A stretch of DNA of 63,992 nucleotides, filler included, from Choristocarpus tenellus KU-1152 (Eukaryota > Protista > Phaeophyceae): NCBI GenBank assembly GCA_964200185.2. It is 9 parts of 9 records of this genome, joined end to end, with 100 filler letters (N's around TTAATTAATTAA, not from the genome) between each part and the next. Parts side by side here need not be neighbours in the genome. Positions count along the whole stretch, not along the records: positions 1 to 20,468 come from CAXNAD020000393.1; positions 20,569 to 24,200 come from CAXNAD020018843.1; 7 more parts are not named here. One strand, given 5' to 3'. Below the pieces are notes generated by a model. It saw nothing but the letters and a program-made list of their open reading frames with translations, was not told where the DNA came from and searched no databases. Position numbers and translations under genes: made by a program. Positions 13,598-24,200 of the stretch are shown piece after piece (within the stretch, counting starts at the first letter, position 1; each line of letters begins with the position of its first letter).

Positions 13598-14403
13598 GTG
13601 AGTGTTAGTTTCGGTTAAATTCTGTCTATGTTCTCACTTTTAGTTCATTGTTGGCTTTGAATAACCTTATTTCTCAGTGGGATTGACCAGCTTCCACCTT
13701 TACTCCCCCTATTGGATTCCGGTGCCACCATTCAATGTTTCAAGTCAACACTCGTATAGACATAATCAACCCAGGAATTCAGTGAATAGTCTGTTTGTCT
13801 TGAAAATTATGTCTACGTTTGTTCGGATGTGCCCAAAAGAGAAGCGTGTATGTATGATTTGGTAAGGGGGCAGCCGATTTCCAACCTACATGCTTGACCC
13901 TCATTGAAACCCTTTTGATGGTGCTGTGGATGACCTGTCCAATTACTAGACAACTGACCTCTAGGGAAATGTTCTCTCTTCAGGGAAATAAGCCGCCCTT
14001 TATGTCTATAGAATCCCATGAGGATCGAAAGTTGTGCCCCAGTTTCATGCAAATGTAACCATGGCGGTGGCAAAAGGTTGAATATACGACGGCTGCAGAT
14101 AGAGATAATGATAAGCCTGCTGTCAAGCTTTTCTTTCATGTTCATTTTGACCCTGGAAGTACGAGTAGATTAAGAGGGATCGATAGGACTCCCATTTGAC
14201 CCAAAGCATAACGTTGCTCTTCCTCTTCCCACCATCGATCTTTACTGGCTACCTCCCACCCCTCACCCCCACGCACACCCACACACATACACTCGCACAC
14301 AAAATATAGTCTGAGCACCCTCATCACAAGCTCTTATCCCATATCCACTCCACCCTGACATTCACCAAAATCTCTTGGGAGCAGACGACAAATATCCACA
14401 GCT

Positions 14404-15365
14404 ATGGCGAAGGGTGGACCAGATCTCAAGCGTTACATGGACAGGACTCTATCTCTAAAACTCAATGGGAACCGAACTGTTAAGGTGCAGTGACCACATC
14501 CCCGCCCTGCTATCATACCCCATAGTTCTTCAGAAATCTCGCGTTACCCAACACCGCGCACATTGGGTAGGAGGGTTCTAGTCTTTCCCTTTTCGTCGCC
14601 ACTCTTGTCATGAACCTTGGTGATTTGGGTTGTGCCTAACCAACATACCTTTTGTTTCTTCATTTTGAAAACCATAGTAAAAGTTCTCTTTTGAAATCCA
14701 TGCATTTCTAGCTCGTGTGCTTACCTTGGTACGATTCCCACACTCTGCCTCGATTTTAACTATGGGAAAGGGTTTACACTTATCAAGTTGACATGTAAGT
14801 CAAAGTCTATTTTAGGTGTGTACTCATGAAAACGCTGATGGTAAACACACCGAATAGCAAAGAAACCTAAGGGTCAATGTGCAGGGAATAAAAACATCTG
14901 GACTCGACATCATGAGAGGTGTGTGTGTAGTGTGTAGTGTGAAATAGATGTTGGTGATGATGTTGTGCATACGGAGAATTGCTGTGATAAAACATATCAC
15001 CTGTGTGCAGAGCGCCAAGATCGTTGTGAGTGAGAGTTTGCAGGTTGTGAGAAGAAACACTGCAGGAATTGACTTGATCATGGCCCCCCATACCACACCC
15101 AACAATAGCTGCGCAGCCCTACTCTAACCCAAACAAACAACCCTCTTTAAGGTACCTACCTCCCTGTCCCCCTCCGCACTGTACTCTTTTGGGTTTTGTT
15201 TCCCTCGGGCAGGGCATCCTTCGGGGGTATGACCCCTTCATGAACTTGGTGCTTGATGATGCAATAGACACGGGGAAAAAGTCTGATGAAAGGAAGATGG
15301 GAATGATCATTGTTAGGGGGAACAGTGTAATACAGTTTGAAATCCTTGACCCACTCCGCTTCTAA
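14404..15365 (+). CDS. SNRPG: Small nuclear ribonucleoprotein Sm-G, 2 coding exons, 77 aa
   Basis: Exons 14404-14484 and 15213-15365: MAKGGPDLKRYMDRTLSLKLNGNRTVK|GILRGYDPFMNLVLDDA...GMIIVRGNSVIQFE; Sm1 and Sm2 motifs. Confidence 0.95.
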
Positions 15366-16540
15366 TAGATATGATGGTTATGTTGGATGTTGGGGGGTTA
15401 GGGAAATCCGGATCTTCTATGTGGAGGAGCGAGTGTTTCGCAGGAGTGATCAACTGGGGGACAAAATGTGGACACACACACACACCGTGTTTGTTACTAT
15501 TTGTGTGTTGAATGTGTGCCGTTTCTATTGACCTGAGTTATTTCTTGGCGAGGTTGATGTGTCTCAAGTTGCGGCAAAGTGTAGATTTCAATGGGATGGA
15601 ATGCTGTGGCGGTGAAGGATTGTTGGTAGGCAGTCGTGTTGCATTACCATTTTTCGTGTTGCTACGCTTGTATCGTAGGGGCTGCTTTGGCAGCAGTTGG
15701 ATGCGCTATTCCTAGGATTGCTTGGTGTACTAAGCGAGTCCCTTTAGGCATACACATGTAGAAGAAATCGTGTTATTTGTAGAGAGAAACGACAGGGTAA
15801 GAATGTACGATGGTCTTGTTTCCTTGCCCAACGATCACCTAACATATCAATTTAGTATCTTATATCTCTGACATCATGGAAGTATCTGCATGGAATCAAG
15901 TGGCGCCGGGGGGTGGGTGACAGATCACTTAATGTTTTTCCTATGGAGTATGTGATATCAGCTTGGGTTACAGACTCGGGTGGTGTGGACAGATTGTGTC
16001 CAAGAGATCTGTCGTATTAAATGTTGCTGCATGCATATGGAGTGCCTTGCCTATGTGTGCATTAAAGCTTGTTTGAGAAGTCATTATGCTACAGGCAGAA
16101 CTCTTGTTTTTGACAGCAGTTACTGAACAGTAAAAGGCAACATGAGATACAATGAATTTCTTAGTTTGCTTTCCCACTGATGCAAATGGAGAAGGGGCGG
16201 CAGAGTAGTGCATCATATCAAGGCTAAAACGACCAAAAGAGGATCCTCGCAAATTCTGACTGTCTATAAAAGCGTGATTTTAGCAACAAGGGTACTGTGT
16301 AAGATATCAATGACCCAGGGCATGCTTCACATAAAGATGTCCCAAGTGCAAGGAGCACAGAGCACAAGTGTCTTTCCAGTCTTACCCCGATCTGAAACTG
16401 GTCTAGTGGGAAATGAACCATCAAAACAACAAAATGCATACATCCTACCACGCTTAAAGTACATTTCAATAGTTCATTTTCTCCTCATGTACCTGTCACC
16501 AAATATAGATCATTACAATTTTCCTTTTAGTCATGCCAAA

Positions 16541-16796
16541 GATTCAAGTGTCTTAGAGGGTAGAGCTGCGTCCGTTTGGGGGCCGAAATCCAATGTTGCG
16601 ATTTTGATGTAATTTTGACGTATCTTATGTTAGGAAGTGTCAATATCCTTGTTCCGGACACACCTTTTCATAACGTACACATTTTACCTACTCCGAAACA
16701 TTATGGAGCGGGAAAATGTCATAAAAACCCAGTCGGAAGCCAAGTCCCAAACGGACAAACAGGGCGAAACTTGTACCGTCTAAGATACTTTCTCTG
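16541..16796 (+). mobile_element. MITE family B, full copy (~255 bp)
   Basis: Imperfect TIRs (GATTCAAGTGTCTTAGAGGGTA / taccgtctaagatactttctct); internal sequence aligns with copies at 50133, 57830 and 58572. Confidence 0.85.
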
Positions 16797-18740
16797 AAAC
16801 CCTGCCGTCCTCAAGGTAAACTTTGTCCCTGCAAACCCTGACAAAGCAAATGAGGGCCTAACTGCCTCATTGCAGCAAAAAGTATGTTTGTTCCACTATG
16901 TGAAAATGCGAGGGAAATTTGTGTTGTGAACAGTATAGTGTGTGTGTGTAAATATAATGGTGCTGACGCCCTCAAATTGCAGCTCAGCACCGTTTCTTCT
17001 AGAGAGTACTGCCTTTCCTGTGAAAGCGAGCCATCACCTCTTGATTCCCTGTAGAATACCTAGACACCACTAGGTGACGACAGCGGATCAGTGGATTTCT
17101 CTGCTGGAAGACTCAAACAGGTGCCACAGATGTGTGGAGGTTGGAGCTAAGTACTTCATGGACGCCTTGCATACCACTGAGGTCAAATCAGCAACAGCCT
17201 GTCATGCCAAAGTGCCTTGACCACAAACCACATGCAACAGTGCTTACTGAGTCTCTTCCCTCTTTCTTATCTTCTTTGGAGGGGAGGGGGACTGGATTTC
17301 TTTGCCTACCCTAAGGTGCTCTTCTTCGTGTTGATGTTGGTAGGTTGTATATAGAGGGTGTAAGGATTTGGGGTAGATGCTCTGAAGTGCACATGGATAT
17401 GTACCCCTTCTTGAACCAACTATGGTCCTTGGTGCCTTAGGTGGTCCTTGAATTGTCCTTCGCTTCCTGCTCATTATTTTCCCAATCTCTTGAGACTTGA
17501 CTGATGGATTTGCCTTGTTTTGGGCACATAGGTCCTCTATCTCTTTTTTGCTCTCTTTTGCATTCCCTTCCTGATCACAGGTTCAAGTATACCATATTAT
17601 GTTGTTTCCTTCTCCTTGACAATATCTGTGGATTGCTTTTCTCTCACTACGACGTACTTTAAAATTAAGGTGTGATAATCAATCAATCAATCAAATTAAC
17701 CGATGAGTACTTACTTCTACTTTCACTGAGACCTCTTTCTTTATTGTGATGGACCATAACGTGATTGGTTTGAAGACCTTCATGTGTTAGAGGGTGCTGG
17801 TATACTGGAGAGTGGGGAAGATGGTACGAAGAAACCCAGAAAACAACTTGGAGCCCACCTCCTCCAACATTTTTTTCGTTGCTTGATTTTGTATTTTATA
17901 TATTCTCCAACATTGTCGCGCCTCGCGTATTCCAGAAGCGCCATATTACTTGGAAGAACAATTGTAGTACAACAATACACTCGATAGTTGACACCTTGAC
18001 CTTACATAGATTAAAAAGGGACACAAACCTGAACGCCTTGACTAGGCAGAAGACAGTTGAGCCTGATTGAAAGGGTACTGTCGAGAACCAAGGATCTAGT
18101 GTGCAAGGGCTAACTCGTCGAGGTGAGTTCGACTCTCAAGGTGTCGCTCAAATTTCAATTTTTCAAAAGATCAAGAGACTACCCGAACACCCTCCTGTTT
18201 TGTAGTACTCTTCTTGTAAAAAAGTTACGCCCCTACAGACCTAAAGCAGATAGAACCTGAAAACTGGAAGGTAATGAGTTTGATGCTGCGTCACTTAGAC
18301 GTGTTCATGATGAGCAGTTATATTTTTAATCTGAAAATACAAATTGGTTGAAACTTACCAACAATTGTATGCTTTTATCACTTCACATATGCCCAAAGAA
18401 CTCTGTCCCTGTGACCAATCCTGGTTATCTATGACATGTACAGAACAACTTACAATTCTTGTAGCTACTTACCAACAACATTACATACATTGTACATCAT
18501 GGTCGCGAGTGAATCACGCAGTATGTCCCTGCAGAGGTCAGAAGTTGCATTAATCTACCTCATGAAATATTCCAAGAAAATTTCCCAATAGCGTCCATGT
18601 ACCCAACTTGCGGAGGGAATTCTGGAGCCCAACATATCCTGTTCTGTGCTTACATCGATCGTCAACCCGTGTTAACTTCAGCAATTGAAGTCGGACATCC
18701 TTTCACCATTGTTTGGTACTAGAACAGTGCAACGAGGTGG

Positions 18741-20296
18741 ATGCCAGTAAACGAGGATAGTGCATCTTTGGCGCAGGGGAGGCTAAAGGCCTTGTACAGG
18801 GAAGTTCATGAGGAGAGCCCACTGCACCCCCCTTCACCAGTCGAGGATCGACAGCCGGAGACCACATCCCTACAGCCCTCTCCGATCCCCTGGCCGGACT
18901 TGGATGATGGGACGATCGGGAAATATACACCCTTGTCAGGACCAGATGGCCAGACTATTCGCTCGAGGGGAGGGTCAATTGCCATGTCAATTATAGCAAT
19001 GTTTCTGGCCTTCCTGATCAAGCAGGTGTGAATCAAGGCGCTGTGCACCAGGTGGGCTCGCCGTCCATAACTCCACCATAGTTGCAATGTTAGAGACAAT
19101 TGTCGGAAAATATTTAACGTCTTCTGCACCCTGCAAGGGGAGCAACTAAAAGTATCTCTTTCTTCCTCAGATGTACGTACCTACCTGGGTCTTTATTGGG
19201 CAGCAGGTGTCAAGTTACCGCAAGTTCTACCAGCAACACCCTATTCCAGTACCGACAGGAGGAATCAAGGGTTACGAGAAGCTCCAACGAGACCTGGTAA
19301 GTGTTGTGCTAGTCAAAGGAGGTGGAAGAGGATTAATATTTTTATCAGTTTGGGAGAATTACCCATGCCGACCTGAGATATACTTGAAAGCAGCAATGGC
19401 TACCAATTGTTTCAATCGATATGCTTCCAATAGCATCGCCTTTTAACCTATGCACAATTCTGTGGTACCCTTACCCTTACCCATCAAGCAGTCGCCTCTT
19501 TTGTGTGAAAGTCTGGGACAATACTCCTGAACTACACAACAAGCACGCTTTTTCTAGCTCAGGCTTATGCTCCTGAGTCTACTACGCCCACAGCCCCATC
19601 TCCATCTGTGGAATACACCTCTCCAGCCCTAAGCTGTAGTCCGATTCCCCATGTTGGCCCTACTTCCACATTTTTCAACAAAGAAGCTGGCATTCAGTCT
19701 AGTGGTGTGTTTGATCCCACCTTCCACACCCCTACTTCGTTCCCCAAGCTCTACCTTAGGTAAGTTACTCATCTCTGTACCACACGTGCTTTGTGCAATG
19801 TGAGGGCACAGGCTGCGTGGCACAAGGACCTGACAGTACTGCACACAAGTGTTGCAAACCGTGTTCGCATGGTCAAGGCTAGCAGTGGGGAGGAGGACAT
19901 GGATGTTGACTTCGGGGATGAAATGGACAATATCTACAGGTGAGCTGAGCTGTGTCTACTGTCGCTGCAGCCATCACCCCATATCCCCTGCATCCCTGGA
20001 ATGAACCTAGCCTTGTTGCTTGTGCTGATTGTAAGGATATGGATTGGGGATGGGTTGGGTAGTACTACTACAGTTGGAGAGTTTGGGAATGTGACGTTGA
20101 TACGGAGAATTCTTCTACAGCAAGAAGGGTTGCACTGGCTATACACAACTTTGTAGATATGCCTGTCACACCGCTCACGTATAATATACCCCTTCACCAC
20201 CCGTTCTATTGATCTCTTGATAAATTCGACTTGCTAAATGACCACCGATGCTAGTGCACTCCTCTTGTACCTATCTTTTTCATTCTTTGCAGGTAA
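18741..20296 (+). CDS. Hypothetical ~180-aa single-pass membrane protein, 4 coding exons
   Basis: Exons 18741-19025, 19171-19296, 19812-19939, 20293-20296 with GT-AG sites and matching phases (0,0,2); hydrophobic segment SIAMSIIAMFLAFLIKQMYVPTWVFIG; no family recognised. Confidence 0.55.
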
Positions 20297-20429
20297 GTAA
20301 TGCGCACACCACTGCCCTTGTTGTGTCTCGAACAAATCCAGAAATATCTTTTTTGCGTGAGTTGTGTCTGCCCTTCATTGCTAGCGTGTACTGCAACTTC
20401 TGTGTCCATCCCTGGTCCCACTCTCTTTA

Positions 20430-20468
<39 letters not shown>

Positions 20469-20568
20469 NNNNNNNNNNNNNNNNNNNNNNNNNNNNNNNN
20501 NNNNNNNNNNNNTTAATTAATTAANNNNNNNNNNNNNNNNNNNNNNNNNNNNNNNNNNNNNNNNNNNN

Positions 20569-20636
20569 CCAAAATCGCGACATGAAAAAATTGACCCCAA
20601 ATGGACAGCCGCCACCTCCCCTAGATACTTTGAGCC
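20569..20636 (-). mobile_element. MITE family A end fragment at contig start
   Basis: aaaatcgcgacatgaaaaaattgacccaaatggacagccgccacc...agatactttgagcc matches 34825-34887. Confidence 0.8.
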
Positions 20637-20943
20637 TTCGCCTCGATCTTGAGTTCGGCATCTTTCATCCATGGTCAAACAGAAATTCCCCATCACCCTA
20701 TTTCTGAGGTCACCGGTGTCGCCAATGTGAACCGTGTGATTCTGTGGCGGCATGGTTCACTCAGGCAAGGGTGGCGAAGAGAATCACCGGGCAAGACGGA
20801 CCAGACAAACAAAGACGAACCGTAACCGAGAAGACAAGGTTATGGTTACACAAGTGCAAGACTGAAAGGACTTGCAGGAAAAAGTGGGGAACTGAGGAAG
20901 TGGGGAGGATCACGATTCGGATGGGTTTCGGAAAAGAAAGATC

Positions 20944-21165
20944 CGTCCATTCGGGGGCCAAAATCTAATGTTGCGATTTTGATGTAATTTTCGCAATCGT
21001 GCCTGTTAGGAAGTGTCAGTATCCTTGTTCCGGACACACCTTTTCATGAAGTGTACATTTTACCTACTCCTAAACATTTTGGAGTAGGAAAATGTAATAA
21101 AAAAACCCATGGGAAGCCAAGCCCCAAATGGACAAAAAGGGCAAAACTCGTAGATACTTTCACTC
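20944..21165 (+). mobile_element. MITE family B copy lacking the left terminus
   Basis: gtccattcgggggccaaaatc...ttaggaagtgtc...gccccaaatggac...agatactttcactc. Confidence 0.85.
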
Positions 21166-21469
21166 AAACCCTCCAGAGATAAAAGATCCGTCTTCAGAAA
21201 ACCGTGATCATAAAGAGACGTGAAGACACGGAAATCTATCACTCCGAATATTCTCCACACAGTCGAACCAAAGTTCTCAGAACACAACCTCAATCGGTAT
21301 AACGGTATATGACATTCAGCAATAACGGTATAACAACTGATAAACATGCTTTCCACAATAGTGGTTATATATTAGGTGTCTCGATTCATGTAAATGTTGT
21401 ACGTACGTACCACTACTTCTATTCCTACTACATATTGAACTAATGGGAAAGTTTATGAAGCAATCTGAG

Positions 21470-24200
21470 TTTTGTGGGCGGAAGAATTCTGGTTGGTTGG
21501 GGGCACGGGGCAAGGAAGGGGCAAGAAGGAAAAGAAGAATCAACAAAGAAGGGATGAAGAGTTAAGGAACGAGTGAGAGGTTAAATAAATGAGTGGCAGG
21601 CAGAGGCACGAGGAATGAGGGGATGGTCAGTATTGAAGTGAAGAAGAAATCTGAGGGGGGGTAACAAGGAGAGGGGGGCTAGAACAAAGAGTACCCCCGA
21701 TCAAGCTTTCGAGCAAGCGCTTTAAGTTAATGGCAGAGACTACGGGGACACGTCAGGGGAGAGAGACACAGAGAGAAAGAGAAACCAAGAAAACGTGAGG
21801 GAGCATGGCACAGAGAGGAGAGGGAGAGATGGAAACAATCAAGACATCGTGGGAGGGATTCAGAGGGGAGACAGAGAAGGCTCGTAGTATCTGGGGGGGG
21901 GGTAGCGGCTGTCCAATTGGGGTCAATTTTTTTATGTCGCGATTTTTGGGTAATTTGGTTGCGTACGTCGGATGGATGATGTAAATGCACTTTTTCTGAT
22001 TTTGGTGTAAATGGACACCCTGGTGTAGCCACCCCCCCCCCCACAGATACTTTGGGTCAGAAAGAGAAGGGAGAGATAGAAAGAAAGACATCCGAGGGAT
22101 GGGGGGAACAACAGGATCCAAAAAAAAGGAGAAGGGAGGAGAATTTTCGACGCAGAGGATGCAAGAAGAGGTCGAGAGGGCGAGGAGAAATCAGGAGATA
22201 AGCGTCAAAGGAGGGAACGAGACGTCGGGAGAGGAAGAAAGAGAGAAGAATCCGAAGAACTGAGCGAGTCCAATAAGCTCAAGTCTTCGTCAACAGATGT
22301 AGCCAATCTGATAGCGAGGATGGACAGCATGATGGATATCCTGCGAGGGCTACACCAGGTAAACATTTCACGCAGCTATGAAGGAAACAGGGGAGGGAGA
22401 AGAGAGGAGAGACCATGGAATGATGAAGAACCAAAAACGTGGTTGGGTATGGCGGAAAAAATGAAAGAGAAGTCTCTGATCCTAATATGGAAAAAGGTCA
22501 ACGTTAGGAAATATTTCGTTCTCTTCGCATATGTCCCCTTGTTCATTCAGGCAGGCGACGTCAAGGCGACAAGGAACGAACTTCAACGAATAGTGGACGA
22601 TAAAGCGGACATTTGGGAGGCAGTGGCGGAGCAACTGAAGAACTTGGCCAACTTCAACATAAGGGAGTTCATACCTAAAGGAGAGTTGGGGAGGAGGACG
22701 AATAAAGGAGACTATGAACTACCGGATAATTTCGATTGCTTTGTGGCAGCAGTGAGGGAAATATGCAAGTACGGGGAGGGCTGGACACCGGGACGAAGGA
22801 GAACAGAAAACGTGGTGAGGGAATTCGAAGAAGCAAGATACAAGGCAAGGGACATGTTACCCACGCTATATAGCACAGAGTCGAGGTCAAGGTCGATGAA
22901 GAGGGCAGGTGTGGGGGGAACAGAGGTCGTCTAAATCTCCACGACCAGACGAAAGGACTAAGGATGGAGCATCGAGTGGCAAGGGAAGGCCATATAACCC
23001 GTGTTACACTTTTCAAGCGGGAAAAGAGTTTGAATTCCTCAAGGAGCATGGGTTCTGCAAATTCGACCATTTCTCCGAAGGGGATGAAGATGCGGGGAAG
23101 GGAGACAAGGCCAAGCAATACTCTAATAAGAAGGACCCCTGGGGGTGCGGGCCCATCCCTGGGGGGATGGGCCGGCGAGACAGGACCAGTGGAGTTCAGT
23201 ACTACCACAACATGCGCAGTGGACGGCAGGGATTCCGAGACCGGGGTCTTTGCACCGGTCAATCAAAGGTAGAGAGGGTGGGAGAAGGAAAAATAATGAA
23301 GTTGATGAGTGGTTTGAAGTTTGGGAGAGGTTAAAACGGGGAAAAGATGTGGTTTTAGCAGGGGCAGAGTTGAGAAAGTTAGCAAAGGGAGAAGTGCTGC
23401 TTGACAAATACAAGGGGGACTTGGGGGAAGTAGTGGATAGGTTGGGTGAGAAATGGAGCCCCCAACATTTGAAGTGGGAAGAGATTGATAGACATTTTGG
23501 AAAGAAGGTAGGATTCCCCCAGATAGAGAGACTCCAGCAGGTAGTGCAATCCGGGGTACCAGTGGAGGTGAAAGGGGAAGGGGGGGTAGATGAGAGATTG
23601 AGTTATGGTAACCATAGGAGCGGGGGGAATCATAGTAAGGCCCTTTTAGAGAAGATTATAGCGGATGTGCTTCAGGGTAGGGCATTGGTGTTCCCCAAAA
23701 CGGCATGGATGAAGATTCAAGGGTTACAGGTGTCCCCAGTTGGTGTAATTCAAGAACCAACAAAGGTGAGGATTATTCATGACTTGTCGTGCCAGCAAGA
23801 GGGGAGGGGTCTAAGTGTGAATGAACAGATGGAATTAAAGGATGCCCCCCCAGTAAATTGTGGAACAGTGTTGAAGGATGTGATTGGGAGGATTGTAGGG
23901 CTGAGGAAGAAATTCCCAAGAGCAAGGATTATGATGAGTAAGATGGATGTTAAGGATGCGTTTCGCCAAGTCCCAGTAGCACCAAAGGGGGCAGTGAAGT
24001 TTGGGTATTGTGTAGAAGAGATAATTGTCATTGACTTTAGACTTCAGTTTGGATGGAAGAATAGCCCAGGGTGGTGGGACCTAATGGCGAGTGCGTTAGA
24101 ATTTTCCCACTGTCACACGAAACCCCAGTCGGTAGTCATACTCAAGGAAGCAGCAAAAATGACCACAGGGGTAAGCCACTCGCAACAGAAGGGGGGGAGG
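21470..24200 (+). mobile_element. DIRS/Ngaro-type (tyrosine-recombinase group) retrotransposon, 5' part with gag-like ORFs and RT; truncated by a contig gap
   Basis: RT ORF 23145-24200 is open: VSPVGVIQEPTKVRIIHDLS, KMDVKDAFRQVPV, DFRLQFGWKNSPGWW. Overlapping upstream ORFs 22320-22934 and 22909-23334, the latter with a CCCH-like remnant PCYTFQAG..CKFDH; purine-rich plus strand. Confidence 0.8.
21879..22058 (+). mobile_element. MITE family A, full copy (180 bp), inserted in the retroelement gag region
   Basis: TIRs GGCTCGTAGTATCT(G)n and (C)nACAGATACTTTGGGTC; flanked by a 4-bp direct repeat AGAA (21875-21878 and 22059-22062). Confidence 0.9.

Noticed and set aside
19563-19759. Extra Ser/Pro/Thr-rich exon in the orphan gene ending at AG|GTAAGT
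   Set aside because: Its phase-2 end is incompatible with the next exon (premature stop) and the intervening intron would be only ~52 nt
20248-20753. ORFs with poly-Pro and X runs crossing gaps (also at the other spacers)
   Set aside because: Artefacts of homopolymer runs and N spacers
22675-23633. Minus-strand ORFs over the retroelement
   Set aside because: Antisense shadows of the purine-rich plus-strand ORFs
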